A stretch of DNA of 62,960 bases, filler included, from Bigelowiella natans CCMP2755 (lineage: Eukaryota; Protista; Cercozoa), in assembly GCA_000320545.1 (NCBI GenBank). It is 7 parts of 7 records of this genome, joined end to end, with 100 filler letters (N's around TTAATTAATTAA, not from the genome) between each part and the next. Parts side by side here need not be neighbours in the genome. Positions count along the whole stretch, not along the records: positions 47,935 to 53,694 come from ADNK01001826.1; positions 53,795 to 58,705 come from ADNK01002184.1; positions 58,806 to 62,960 come from ADNK01003561.1; 4 more parts are not named here. The stretch is one strand, 5' to 3'. Position 1 is the first letter of the stretch. Each line of letters begins with the position of its first letter. The notes beneath the pieces were generated by a model. The model was not told the origin of the DNA, ran no database searches, and saw only the letters and a list, made by a program, of their open reading frames with translations. Made by a program: the position numbers and the translations under genes. Shown here one piece after another: positions 48,926 to 62,948 of this stretch.

Positions 48926-49581
48926 TATGTCGTGTTGGGCAGGGGCATCGTCTAAGCATCACTCACCCTCCTCCCCCCCCTCCATCCGATCAAAAAATAC
49001 TATATTTACCTAGAGGCACGAAGTTTTTAGACACAACGTGGCCATCATCGACACCGCTTCCTCCTCCTCCTCCTCCTCCTCCTCCTCCTCCTCTATCTCT
49101 CCTATATTGCCGCGTCCTCCCCCCCCGGCCTTCTCCTTCCTCTCTGCTATCACGAACTGCAAAAAAGTCGGTGAGGAGAAACAACACTCGCTGTAGCGGG
49201 ATTTGCGCGAGTTCTGCTATGGAGAGAAAGAGAAGCAAGTAGTCACGCCGACCTGCGAAGAAAGGGGAGGGGGTAGTAATAGGACGACAATATTACGGTA
49301 TATAAAATTGATGGTGATGATGAAAATGATGGTGCGAGCTGTAGGCTCGCAGCGGTGCATTCACGCTCATGCCGCAGAAAATACATGAAAAGCCACTTTT
49401 TGTGCGGTCTGATGTGTGTGTGTGTGTGTGTTGTGCAGGACGCACCGAGAGTAGCTTTGCAACGAGACTGAAGATTAGAGGGAAGCTTGATGTGGAACAA
49501 CGTTGCCAGTGAGATGATGCTGCAGCTTAAGAGAACCTTCATGGGAGGAGGGGGGAGTAGGAAGGAGATCATGAATCATTG

Positions 49582-49614
<33 letters not shown>

Positions 49615-49861
49615 GCAACAACAACATATTCCTTCCTCCCCTCTCTTCTTTGCCGTTGTTCCCCTCGCACCTTTTTCCGATTTCCAATCTTCTCATACGA
49701 TTCCTCGCTAATGTGCAGCAGCTTCAGCAGCTTCGCAAGCCCTGGGTAAGATGTCCTCGACGATGACGACGACACAGAAGGGAGTGGAAGCCCCTCAATC
49801 TGCGTTCCGCTCTTTAGCTCATTCAAGGTCATCTGCGGCAGGACGTATAAAGCTGTATGTT

Positions 49862-49923
<62 letters not shown>

Positions 49924-50471
49924 TATGTTTGTGTGTGTGGTGAGAAAACTAGTCCCTATTCTCCAGTGGCTCTCTTCCTTTTCCTCTATGATGCTGCTGC
50001 TTACCATCCTGTTAGCACTTCGTCTGGATACGATGTCGTCCTCTCCCCCCCCACCCCCTCTTCGAGAAGAAAAGGAAGTGGGAACATCGCAGCTGCCCTG
50101 GGGTTTTTCAAAATCCCTCTAAATTCCCGGTTTTAATTTGGAGGAAGTTTTTTGAGACGCTAGTGAGGGGGGGGGGGGGGTGGAGAGAAGGAGGACGATG
50201 GATGCTCTCACTTACTTTCCCGGAGTCTCTTCGTGTCAAGAAATGCATCGTCGAGTATTTGGCTGATCGTGACTTCCCTCTTCTTTTTCTTCCCCTCCGC
50301 CGACAGCCGCCCATGACGCCCACCCCCATCATCGTCCTTGGCGATTTTGATGTACTTGCCATACTGAAGCTGGTCAAGAAGAGCGCCGATGGCCAAGAAG
50401 ATGTCAGTGACAAGCCAGGAGGGCGGCTCGAATTTACCATCGTAGCGGAAAAGAGGGGGAGGGGGGGGGGG

Positions 50472-50508
<37 letters not shown>

Positions 50509-50775
50509 GGCTGCGGCTGCTGAGAAAGTGGAGGGGAACGGTGATGATTTCGCCGCATGGTTGAGGGAAGCGGCGCGAACAGGCTATGGCGCGACCGCCA
50601 TGAGGAGGGACCCTCGTCTATAGAATACCTGTTAGAAGCGGACGAGGGATTGGGGGGGGGGGGGGGGGGGGCAAAGCAGTGTCAGTCAGGTGGAATCGTT
50701 GCCGCAACAGGTTGAATGAACAAGTCTTCGTCCAATTGAATAAGAAAACAACGATGAGCGTACAATATAAATATG

Positions 50776-50812
<37 letters not shown>

Positions 50813-51144
50813 GTTTGTGTGCGTGTAGTTTGTGCTACTGATGAGGCCTATCGAATCTCCGCGCACAGTCCAGAGCGTACCTGATGTGAACGAATCAATC
50901 ATCCAATCATCACCAACCGGCACACAACAGAAGAAAAAGAAGAAAAAGAAGAAGAAGAAGAAGAAGCCCACAACATCTCCAACTATCTAAGCTGTATTTT
51001 TATTATTAACCAAATGGTGTTAGTAAATTACTGGAAGGCTCTGATGTTGCTCAGCATCCCTTCAATCAAATGCCTACATTAAAGAGGAGGAGGAGGAGGA
51101 AGAGGGGCGATGATAGACAGCAGGAAATCGAGGAAGCAAATTGA

Positions 51145-51182
<38 letters not shown>

Positions 51183-51272
51183 CAGAGATGTTGCTCACAT
51201 ACGCACTGCTCACTTTTCCACCATCTTCATGTCTTCATTATCGTTTCGTTTGACAAACATCACCGACGATTC

Positions 51273-51315
<43 letters not shown>

Positions 51316-51534
51316 TGCAAAGTGTATTATCTTCTAAACCATCTTCCTGCTGCTGCTGCTGCATGTAGCTACTACCACCACCACCACCACTACTACTACT
51401 ACTACTATTCCTATTATCAAATCTGCTACCTTAAGCTGAGGGCTTGCCCGTCGGTAATCTTGGTCCCCTTGCCTTTCTCTGCGAAGGCATTCACGCGCTC
51501 CTCCACTTCGTAAGGATTATTCAGGATGGCCTGA

Positions 51535-51568
<34 letters not shown>

Positions 51569-51632
51569 ACAGCAGCAGCAGCGACAACAACAAATATTAT
51601 AAATATTTAAAGTTGTTGCGACGTGGCGGTAC

Positions 51633-51671
<39 letters not shown>

Positions 51672-53150
51672 AGGTGCGGAAGAGCGGACAAGGGTTTTGC
51701 TACTAGTGGTGATGTGGGGAGAAGAAAAGGAAGGAGGAGGAGGAGGAAGATATCACCATCCGAGTTGCTAATGTGTCTATGGCACTACGAATGCTTTCCG
51801 AGGTGGAGAGGATATTACAGCCTTTGAAGACGATGCGGAACAGACAGGACAGGAAGGGGGGGGGGGGGAATGGGGAGAGGCGGGGGAGTGGAAGCGGGTG
51901 ATCACAACAATACGGTGTCTTTGACAAAAATGTTCCATGGCTCGAATTGTAGTCATTCTCATCATTCTCCTTCTCTTTTTCCTCCTCCTCCTTCTTCTTC
52001 TTCTGAGCATTTCTACCATCACTATTCTCCTTCTTATTGTTGAAAGCATCTGATCCCCACCGCTAAGCTGCTGCTAGCAGCAACTACGCGCGCACGCATC
52101 TATCACTTCTTCGCTACCATTGAGTTGATTCGACGAGTAGCCAAACCAGCGGGAAAACTACAGCAGGAGGGGTAACGAGGACGGGAGGGGGGGGGGGGGG
52201 GAGCACTTAGATATGCGAAATAGTGGTATTTAACAAAGCTAAAGGAGGCAAATCCACTTACCATAGGCCCGACGAGTATGGCAGGAATGCTTCGTGCGAT
52301 GTCGGGGTGTAGCCGGCTACCTGCCCCTCCAATTTGGCGCTCTCTCTCCGCCTGAATGGCCTCTTCCAGTCGTCTTACGATGCCGGATGAGGGGCTCGAG
52401 AGCAGCCGCGACACATCGAAGCTATGTTGTGGGGGTGCGTGAGCGGGGATTGTGTGGGTGTCTGTGTGTGTGTGTGTGTGTGTGCATTGTACTTTACTCT
52501 TGGTTTTATGATAATCCTAAGTGGTGAGAGTAACCCTAACCCCCCCCCCGTTCCCCCCTCTCTCTGCTATGGGTGCGTTCACGAGTGTTGCATCCGGCCT
52601 GCTTACGTCGCTTTATTCGTCTTCTTGCAGATATACTCTCCTAGAAGGCCATGCAAAGTGATCCCCCCCCTCTTTTTTTCCTTCTTCTTACTGCTGCTGC
52701 TGCTGCTGCTGCTGCGCTGGTGGCAATGGGAAGAGTGCACATCGGTAGATACTGCCTGTGCAATTCAATTAGTCGAAGCCAACAACAACAACAATGAGTA
52801 GGCGTTCTCGTTAGTTACCTCTCCCCCCCCGCTCCCCCTCTCTTCAGTCCCTCCTTCCCAGCCGTTGCATGCATTCATTATGGCCGTAGCGACAGTCAAA
52901 GATTCCTCCTCCGCCTCCCACTCCCACCATCATCGTCCTCACCATCGTGATCATTCATCATCGTCATTCATCATCATTGATCAATCATCGCTTTCATCCT
53001 TTCGAATCTGAAGCGAGTGGCAGCAGCAGTAACGACCGGGGATGTGCGGGAAGCCAGACTCCTTCGCTGCTTTTCGAGGAATAGCTCTTCCAAGTGCTCC
53101 CCCTCGATCACCTGGCCACGTTGGCGGTAAGCGAGAGCGATGACAACAAC
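48550..53150 (-). CDS. Multi-exon hypothetical protein (unidentified)
   Basis: Several non-repetitive GT-AG-bounded minus-strand blocks between microsatellite introns; no family motif recognised. Confidence 0.35.
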
Positions 53151-53799
53151 AAGTACACGGATATATGCGAAGAACAGTCGTGGTAAATGCATGTAATGAT
53201 ATTAATGACTGCAACTCTCTCCCCCCTTACTGCATGTGCGCGCGCGCGCGTGTGTGTGTGTGTGTGTGTGTTGCAGCTGACTATATACAAAAGAAATGCG
53301 ATTTGACAGTCAATACTTCCGTGAAACAACGGAGATTGAAGAGGCCTTTGTGCTCCTGCGAGCCGAGGAAACGCCAGAGATCACGAAGCTAGGGCAATTT
53401 AGGGAGGAAAGGGGGGGGGGGGGGGGGGGGTGCCTTAAAAAGAAATCCAAGGGGAAAATTAAAATTGAGGACAACCTTTTTACTTTTTTTCATTAAATGG
53501 ATTGCCCCCCATTGTTGCTGGAAAAAAACCCCCCCAGGACCTTGGGGAAATTCCAGAGGAGCTTTGGTTGGGGAGAAAATTAATATTTCACGCCCCGCCC
53601 CCCAGACCCCTGGAGGGGGGGGGGGGAAGATAAGAAAAATATACCAACCTTGAGAGAAATCTCGGTTTTTCAAAAGGAGTTTTGGGTGAAAAAANNNNNN
53701 NNNNNNNNNNNNNNNNNNNNNNNNNNNNNNNNNNNNNNTTAATTAATTAANNNNNNNNNNNNNNNNNNNNNNNNNNNNNNNNNNNNNNNNNNNNGGGGA

Positions 53800-54577
53800 A
53801 GTCGGGGTGCTCCTTAAAGCAGCGTATCCATCATAGCATCGGGACCTGAAGCTGCCTAATCTCCTTCGCAGGACTCGATTTGCGGGGATCGCCGTAGGTT
53901 ATGCTGGGAGAGGAGTGTAGACGGAGGAGGAAAGGGGGAAAGGGGAGTGGAGGGGGGAGGGAAGGGGAGGGGGATGGAAAAGGTTGAGGACGAGAAAGGC
54001 GGCTCTTTCTTATTCTTTATGAAGTTGTTTTATGGAAGTGTATCTGCTGCTGCTGCTGCTGCTCTGCTATCATATCGATCGATGCGAGGGTAACGTACTG
54101 TCGGATTCTATGGTTTCCCTTGTCCGCCACCACTATGCTCCCGTCTCTGCGCAGCACGCAAACAACGGAATCGTAAAATATACGCAAAGAGAGAGGGAGA
54201 GAGAGAGAGGTGGGGGGGTGGGGGGTGGGGAGAGAGCAAGAGAGCGACTCGTGCGCGCGCCCGCACATGCACATGTGCACAGAAAAACTGCTCACCCTGG
54301 TCTCAAACGACTAAATCACTGGAATAATACTCTGAACCGCATTCACTACACAAGAACGTACCTCGGATGAATATCGACTCCCGTCGGGGCATTGAAGGTC
54401 GCGCCTTCAATAACCTTATCGTCACACCATGACATCATCACCACCGTCATCACCGTCATCATCACCAGGAACGGCGGGCCTTTAGAACCGTTGCACAGCT
54501 TGCTTATGCAGGGAAACGGCAAAATACTCATGATGTTATGCGTATAAAAAGAAGCCACAACGGCGCGACCGCTTGAT

Positions 54578-54615
<38 letters not shown>

Positions 54616-55396
54616 TTAATGTTCGTGTTAAATATGAGAAAATGAAGAGAAAAGATAAGCGGCAAGCCCCCCGGCTGACTCACCCCGTCATTAGCCCCCT
54701 TGAATTTTGGGTGGCCAGCAATCGTCGTTACTTCGCCATCAGGAGATATCTTACCAAAAAAACAAACGAAAACGCACAAAACGCACACACGCGCACAAAA
54801 CGCACACATGCACAAACAAACACACAGAATCAATTCCTTTCTTCCAAATCGAACCGCATCATACGATCATGCCGTCCACGGCCACCTTCCTGATCGCGTT
54901 GTTGGTGGTGTCTGCGACAACGATATTGCCGCGGGGGGAGACAGCGACGTCGGAGGGGGAGTAGAAGCGCGCGTGCGTGCCCTTCCCGTCCAAGAAACTA
55001 GCGAGGTGCAGGGCCCACATTCACCCCGAAAACACGCGCGCGCGCGCGCACACACACACACACACACAACACACAACACACACAACACACAACACACAAA
55101 CACACAAACACACATACTAAAAATATGAGACTATGAGAGTACAGATTAATTCAAATAGAAGATGAGTAACATAAAATAATCGAAGTCGATGGACGAATAA
55201 GTGCGTAGCGAAGTGTAGCGATCTCTCCTCTCCCACCCTGGATGGCCGCGCCGCTCCTCCTCCATTCTCTCGTGGCTGCCCGCCAGAGTCACCACCATTC
55301 CGTCGGGGCACAGCTTTCGCACGCAGTGGTTATAGGAATCCGCAATGACAAGGCTGTGTTTTATGTTGTTTCGGTGTCGGTGGAACCCACAGCAAG

Positions 55397-55444
<48 letters not shown>

Positions 55445-55582
55445 GGAGAGGGGGGGGGCGGGGGGGGGTACAGAAGGAAAGGCAGAGAGAGAGAAAGAAA
55501 GCCTTGTCACCCATTCATTTCTTCTTCATCGACTAAAGACTCCTCGTGAAGCGGAAGGAAAAACCAGGGAGTTCACATCAAC

Positions 55583-55629
<47 letters not shown>

Positions 55630-55642
55630 CATCTCCCCTCCA

Positions 55643-55684
<42 letters not shown>

Positions 55685-56084
55685 ACACGCGCGCGTGCGC
55701 GCGCATTCACCCACTCATCCATCATGCGACAAGGGACAACGGCAACCTGTGATCAGGCGTCCAAGCTACCCCCCTCGGGCCGTTCACGAGCGACTTCTCC
55801 CTCACATCGTTGATGAGGTATCCGAACGACTCGCGTATGTTGTTGTAGGCCTCCTCCGACAGGAGAGAGGGGTTATTTCGCGCCGCTTCCTCTTCCGGGG
55901 AGAGGTGGGACACCCTGATGAAGATGAAGATAACGTCATCCTCGCAGCATCTTTGCGGTTCGATTATGTGTTTTGTGGTTGCAGGTAAACAGCGACGTAC
56001 TACTACCGCTACTACTACTACTACTACTGCTACTAGTACAGCTTCTACCTGCTAAGGTAATCACACATCCTAGCGCGCACATAA

Positions 56085-56138
<54 letters not shown>

Positions 56139-56576
56139 TTTGCCGTAGGAGCCGCTCAAGTTCCTCTCGTCAGCGGCCCTCTGAGCTTCGCGAAGGCCCA
56201 CGATAGTTCTCACGTCTCCTTGAGAAGAGATCATCCTCACGGCGTTGTTCTCCTCGTCGCCAACGAACACATTGCCGTTGGGATCGAAGCAGATCCCAAA
56301 CGGCGAGTGAAACTGCGGCGCGACACGGTACAGATACAGCGGCCAATCCCCCCCCCCCCCCGCACCCGCTCGCGCGCGCGCGCGCGCCCCCCCCCTTTTC
56401 CCCCCTCTCCCCCTTCGGTGTTCTGGGGAAGCTGGCGTTTTGCCCAGTCTTTTTTCTCCCTTCGCAGGTGGGAGAGATACGGGGGGGGGGTGGTCGCGGC
56501 GTCTAGCAATGGAATCGGCCGCAGAGACTCCTAAGAAGAAGGATGATGCGGAGGAGGGGGAGGGGGAGGGGAAAGC

Positions 56577-56616
<40 letters not shown>

Positions 56617-57296
56617 GCAGCAAATCCAGCTTGATAGCTGCGGGACACGCGCTGATGAAATAAGGGGAAAATACTAATAACAACATCCTACATATGAATA
56701 TATGAAGGACCTCTTCTCTCCTTCGCTCCTCCTTGAGATACCGCTCCGCATCCCTCGCTTGGAGGCGCAGCCTCTCGTAGCGGGGGGGGGAGAAGTAGCG
56801 CGCCCTCGACGGAATCGGAGCATCGGTGTGCCCTGCGACAGGGTACCCAGCTATTGTTTGCACCTGGTGAAAAGAGGAAGAGGAAGAAGAAGAAGAAGAA
56901 GAAGAACAACAACAACAACAACAACAACAAACCAACAAACAATAATCATCTTTATCCGATCTCGTGTCCCCCCTTGGAATATACGAGATATGCTGGGCGA
57001 GAAATCACCAAGAGCGATACGTTATGATAGCAAGGATTCATACCCATTCATCGTCATAGAGCGCGCGCGTAACGCACGCACAACGCCACCGCACATGTAC
57101 GAGCGAATATGCGCTTGCCTACCTGAACCTCCCCCATATACGACTGGAACAGCCGCCTTATCTTGTGCGATTTGCGCTCGGAGACCCACAGGGAGCCGTC
57201 CCCCGCTATGCTTACGTACTGCGGTGTGCGGATGATGGCCGCCCGGGCGCTCCTGTTGTCGAGCGACACGATTCATCGTTTGTGGATGTGTTGATA

Positions 57297-57362
<66 letters not shown>

Positions 57363-58420
57363 CATAAAACGTTAGGGAAATAAGAGGAAATCATTGGTCA
57401 CACCATATATCTATTGCATAGGTGCGACGATGGTGTGCTTGGGGGAAGCTCAATAACAGACAACAAGAAATGAAAAGGAGGCGGAGGAGGATGAGGAGGA
57501 TTGTGGGGAGGGAGACCCGTCTATGCTCAAAGGACGTTTTTCCCACGTCTCCTTTCCTAGCACGCTCCTCTGAACGAGCGTATGGGTAAACCATCCTCCG
57601 ATGTCATCAGGATCGAGACCTCGGGGGGGGGGGAGAGAGGGGGGGGAGGACCGCTGGGCGTGCAATGATGATGATGATGATGATTTGGATAGCTGGGGTT
57701 GTTCTCGGTCGCTGCGTATTATTATGATGACAATCGACGGTATAATAAGAAATGATGACGATGATGACGATGATGGTGGTGGTGGTGGTGGTGGTAGTGG
57801 TGAGGGTGATGGTGATAATGATGAGGGCGGAAGTGACGATGCGTATTCTTCCAACCAAAAAACAGGGTCCAAGGAGGTACACATCTCACACACGCCTCGA
57901 CATTGCTGCTCACCATTATCATGCTTTTTTTAATAACAGACCCAAAAGCAGCACAGCTCAGCGGCACACTACGGCGTATCCTTGGCCATCATCATCACCA
58001 TCATCACCATCATCGGTCATCATCAATTGTGTCACTCACGCTTCGTCGTTGTCCTCCAGCTGTCCTCCCCTCTTTCTTCTTATTCTCTGCAACCGTTGGC
58101 TCACAGCCCCTGCCCGGACAGCTCCCTCTCCTCCAGCCATATCCTCCCCACCCCCACCCCCACCCCCCCTCCTTCCGAGCTCGGCGCCGAAGGGAGGGGG
58201 GGGGTTGAAGACGGCGGGAGTGTTGAGGATGGCCGCGCCCGCAGCGCCGAGCTCACCGCTCGCATCGGCAGCCTCCTTCACCAGGAGAGAAGGGAGAATT
58301 CGCTGCTCGTATGCTTCATTGCCTCCCGCCACGGTGCGCGTGAAAAGACCATTGGGCGAGATCATACGGATGGCGTCGTTCTCCGTGTCGGCGACGAAGA
58401 TGATGCCGTCCGGATTCACC
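53800..58420 (-). CDS. NHL-repeat (beta-propeller) protein, multi-exon, partial
   Basis: Repeated F..P.G/DV.....G.I.VAD..N..IR.I...G.V.T.AG motifs (IFVADTENDAIRMI, VFVGDEENNAVRMI, VIADSYNHCVRK, VVADTTNNAIRK, VVADKGNHRIR). Confidence 0.88.
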
Positions 58421-58805
58421 TGTTATCAGGAGAAAGGGGGGGGGGGAAGTTTTGGGGGGGGAGGTGGGGTACCGGCATTGCCTAGCTATGTTATGAAGGA
58501 TCCCGCACAAGAACCTATTGTTCTGTTGTTAATTATAAACCCCAGACTACTTTGAACACTTGTTTATGCGGGAGAAAAAGGATTAGAGAAAACCACGACG
58601 GAGGTGCGGGGGGGGGGAGAGGGAGGATTAGGAGGATGAAGAGGATAATAAGGATAAGGATGAGACCATTGTATTCTTGCCAGCATGGCTGATCCTATTT
58701 CTTATNNNNNNNNNNNNNNNNNNNNNNNNNNNNNNNNNNNNNNNNNNNNTTAATTAATTAANNNNNNNNNNNNNNNNNNNNNNNNNNNNNNNNNNNNNNN
58801 NNNNN

Positions 58806-60033
58806 CCTCGACGTTCGGGACCAGGCAAGAGCAGCGGTCCCTCAACAAAGCTTTGAGGGGGCGTCCTCCACCCCCCCTTCCTCGTCATATCACTAACGAA
58901 ACAGCTAGTATTAGCTTAGTCTCACAAAAACGCAGCAACAATCTGGAATCTTTCTGGAACTTTCATGGGCATCAGAAACAACCCTTCAAAGTAGACCGCC
59001 GTAGCCATCACAACGCAAACAGCAGCAGCAGTAGTGACAGTGTAAGTGACAGAGATGGCATCAAACAGCAACGATCAAACCAGAAGGGTCGTGCTGCTCG
59101 TACTGCTGATGACGAAAAACAGAAGAAGAAGAAGAAGGAGGAAAGGACTACTTGCACTACCCACCTGTCTACCTACCTACCGAGCCTTGGTCAACACCGC
59201 ATGTGGGTGCAGGTGACGAACGTAGGGCATTCCGGAATTTTTCTGGAATCTTTCTGGAAGTGCCCAGGGGATTCCAGAATTTTTTCTGGAAGTGCACCAG
59301 TGTCGCAGAAAAATTCTTTTCTGGAAGCACACTGGTGTCGTTCAAAAAAAAATTAATTTTTTGGACAAGTCCCAGTTCGTACCGAAATGGTGGCACCTTG
59401 CCCAGTCAGGCAAGAATTTTTCCTGCCGATTTCGGAGTGCACCATGCCCATGGCACCTTGCCCAGTTGCAAGCCTGGGAATTTTGTGCCTCTGCACAGAG
59501 TTTTTGGGCGTCTGGTGGTGCGATGTTTGGTCGGCAAAACATTGCCAACCATTCGGACTCCGAAACCTTTGGGAATGGCGTCCATGTGCAGCACCGTGCA
59601 AAAGTTCTGTCACCATGGCAGAAATGGCACGTGCACATCAGCACTCTGATCGTGGTCACCACGTCCATGGGGGCGTGTCAGCGGTCTGGCCGCGCCACCC
59701 ACGATCAAGGAGCTGTCGCAGCATGCGCACGTCCACTCGTGCTGCACGCTGCGCTGCGCACATGCGCATGGAAGTTCTCAGAACTTCCAGAATCTTCGAG
59801 AACATTCCGGAAGCTTCGAGAACCTTCCAGAAACACTCGAGAGAATTCGAGAGAATTCTGGAAGATTCGAGAATCTTCGCGAATGCGCCGGAACCCAATG
59901 CGCACATGCGTGCAGCGCAAGTCACAAGTCATCATCAGAATCCAAAAGCACACGAGACCGCGTGTTGACTTTCCAACATCAACAGCACAGTCCCGCGCAC
60001 AAAAGCCAAACAGCTACCGCTAGTCCGCTAAAA
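58806..60033 (+). mobile_element. Second copy of the copia element (3' internal region + LTR 59676-60033), truncated by the gap
   Basis: Near-identical reverse complement of ~14251-15475. Confidence 0.95.
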
Positions 60034-60327
60034 GTATCTACACGCTAGCTCGTGTAGCTGAGGGACTACCTGGTGAAACTAAGCAGCTTGCAACTTGATT
60101 GGTGCAAATATGCACCCGCTAACTAGCGCGCTCATTTCATTATCGCTGTGGTGATCTCTATATGCAAGCTAGCAAGATCTGCGCTCTCAGCCACGCACAA
60201 TAATGTCGCACGTGGCGGATGCTATAGTGAGACCAGTGTGTAACTTTATGATGATTACGAAACGCTTTTCAATAGTTGGATGTTGAGTTGTAGTCTATGC
60301 AATGACCTAAAAAGGTCTACTAGCTTG

Positions 60328-61019
60328 CTAGCTGTCCGAAAGAGTACATGTTTGTAAGCTGTTGAAAATACGTTCCCTAGCCTCACTAATGTCACGGTCT
60401 CTGTCGGTTGGGGGGGCATCAGTGATGAAAGTGCCTTCTTGGTGCACATCAAGAGGGACCTGCGCGTCAAAAAACTCGACTTCCAGTTTCATTGCTGCGA
60501 CATAATTTGTTTCCAGGCTTTGCAGAAATTCTTCGGATAAACTGTTCCCACCTTGCTCCCGCAAGAGCATTGTCTCTCTTTTCATGTGAAAGTTAAGCAG
60601 GTCTTCTATCTTCTCAGTGGCCTCCTCAAACTGAGAGTAGGTGTCGATCCACTCTCGGTATGCATTCTCTATAGACAATATTTATAAAGCTCAGTTCTTC
60701 ATTGGTGATGATGATATGGGCAGGGCAGGGTGTAGTGTTAGATGCTTGCTCTACTTTTTACATGTCGGCACCTGCTTTTCCATCCTTGAATACCAAATTC
60801 AGCGTCTGGCCAAGGAATGAGTACAGACGCATGCATGGAACCATCGCAGCGATTGTTTCAGCAACAGAGGTTGCGGAGGAAGTTGAGGAGGAGGAGGAAA
60901 CAGCTGTACTATCTCCCCTTGCGATGTGGAGGAGAAAATCTACATACCTGATGATATCGATTGCAATGAAACTCCCCGATTTAATGGTGATAAAATTATG
61001 ATGATTGCTCTACCCCTGC

Positions 61020-61060
<41 letters not shown>

Positions 61061-61936
61061 CTTCCTCGCTTCCAGCTGTTTTGCATAGCCTTCTTTGCAA
61101 TTGTGTCGCTTTGGTTGTTTCGTACTTTGTCGTCGCGGCGTTTGGAGTGCGGTATGCTTCATTGCTTGTATCCACACCCCACTGCAATAAAACATCATTA
61201 ATATTGTTTCCCCTAGTCCCCTACATTTACAATCATTAATATTGTTTCCCCTAGTCCCCTACCATTTACAATTCATTAAATAACGTGTAGTTAGTGCCCG
61301 TAGATACGGCGATCGTGACCCCTGCTGCATATGCTTCATGCATCTCGAGCTCCTCTATCACGGCACCAATTAGCTCATGAAGTGTTCTCTTTGACGAATT
61401 ATCATCAACCTAAGGAATACAGGAAGCTACAGCTCATGCCTTTCGCATGTGCGGCGTGTAAACATCTCTCGATTTCCTACGATAAATGACCTTCGACAAA
61501 ACAAGCGCATACGCTTTGATGAAAGCGCCGAGAAAGAAATAGTCTTGGGCGATGTAATTTCTAAATGAAGCTATTGGAGCAGACCCATTTCCGATCTAAT
61601 AAAAACCATTGCTTCTTGATTGCCTCATTCTCTAGGCTCGTAATTCTTTGAGCAACAGGACGCAATATCCATTATTTTATGACAGTGTCTCTTGCCACGT
61701 ACCCCAATGACGAAAGGATGCATGAGAGCTTGTTTTGCCAGGCTCTGTGATTCCCCCAGATTCCACAGCCTGCAGCAACACGCGGATGATCAACTGCGCC
61801 GTCATCACAATCACTACATTGATTTTCCTCACCGATGCGCAGCCGTCCCTGGTACTGGACCACGCATGCACGTTTCCGCGTATGGCGACGATGAACCACG
61901 TGCATGCAAGAACACCATGGCCAGCAGCAGCCTCAT
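60328..61936 (-). CDS. tenA: TenA/THI-4 family thiaminase II (aminopyrimidine aminohydrolase), Cys-type, with signal-peptide-like N-terminus
   Basis: Exons give [10 protein letters not shown]..., LW...HPFVIG|IGNG...[57 protein letters not shown]. Confidence 0.87.
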
Positions 61937-61973
61937 CGTTCGATCAGTCGGTCGCAAATTGACTCAGGGCAGG

Positions 61974-61985
61974 AAAAAAAAAAAA
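61974..61985 (-). terminator. Pol III oligo-T terminator (T12) of the 5S gene
   Basis: A12 on the plus strand directly abutting the 5S 3' end. Confidence 0.85.
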
Positions 61986-62104
61986 GGATACAACAACGCC
62001 GTGTTCCCGCGTGGTCCCCCACCGCAGTACTAACGAGTCCCAACGACGCTTAACTTCCGAGTTCGGCAGGGATCGGGTGTATTAGTCGTGGTATAGTCGT
62101 ATCC
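61986..62104 (-). rRNA. 5S rRNA gene (119 nt)
   Basis: GGATACGAC...CACCCGATCCC..CCGAACTCGGAAGTTAAGC...GTTAGTACT...GGGGACCAC..GGGAA...GTTGTATCC with pairing ends; TATAAAA about 20 nt upstream. Confidence 0.96.
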
Positions 62105-62392
62105 ATCAAAGCAATGTGTTGTTTTATACCTACAAACAAGCCAATTTAATTGCCCGAACGTTGCCAAAATAGCTGTAAAGAAAGCATCGCATGATTTCTC
62201 GTTGCAATATTTCTGCTCCAGAGACTCGATTCAGAGCATCGAGGCATTTCACAAAAAAATAATCGCAAGAAATCGAGGGGGATTTGGGGCGTTTTTAATA
62301 AACGACAAGGGCATTTTCATGTCGCATATATTATTCACAAGAGCTTTTTAAAAGGGCTTCAAAAGAGTATCCCCCCTCCCCTGTACCAGAGT

Positions 62393-62948
62393 ATGCTTCG
62401 AGAGAGAACTCTGGCCGCGCTGAAGCGCATGGTGGTGTCCTCCTCGTTTCGATGTATCGGTGTCGTTTGTGCAAGGCTGAGCGGCGTGTTACTTACGCAA
62501 TGGTAACATTAGGTGAAGGTGAATCCTCTGGTTATGTGCGTGACGAATAGGGTCATCTTCATCGCTACTCACTCTCCCTGTTGTGATTATAATATCGTTT
62601 TTCGTTGTCCATACAATTCGAATTCGGAACACAAGGGTCCCCATCATGGCGAGCTATGTTTCACATTCGTCCTCTACCAATACAGGTGACGCCTCAACGT
62701 GTGGCTGACGTGCTCCTAGCTGCAGGTTGTACGCGTGCAGCAATGTCACAACAGCTTCGGAGGTTTTAAAAAAAAGTAAACTCCTATCTCATACTTCTCT
62801 ATCAAGCACGTTATCCCCCCCCCCCCCCGTTGATTATTCGTCGTCTCTAGGAGCGAGCCCCGCTATGGTCGACAACCCCGACGAAGTGCATGCGTTTTCT
62901 CTTATCTCAAAAGCAGTATACGTCAACACTGGGCTACACCAAAGCCAG
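62393..62948 (+). CDS. thiM: Hydroxyethylthiazole kinase (ThiM), 5' exons; continues beyond the window
   Basis: Exons 62513-62551, 62686-62725 and 62851-62948 splice to [36 protein letters not shown]..F......YVNTG, matching the ThiM N-terminus (PLV..ITN.V....A..LLA.GASP.M....E). Confidence 0.85.

Noticed and set aside
53390-53694. Homopolymer-rich odd sequence
   Set aside because: Typical low-quality read end next to a gap.
61193-61278. ~38-bp tandem duplication in a tenA intron
   Set aside because: Ordinary slippage duplication with no further structure.
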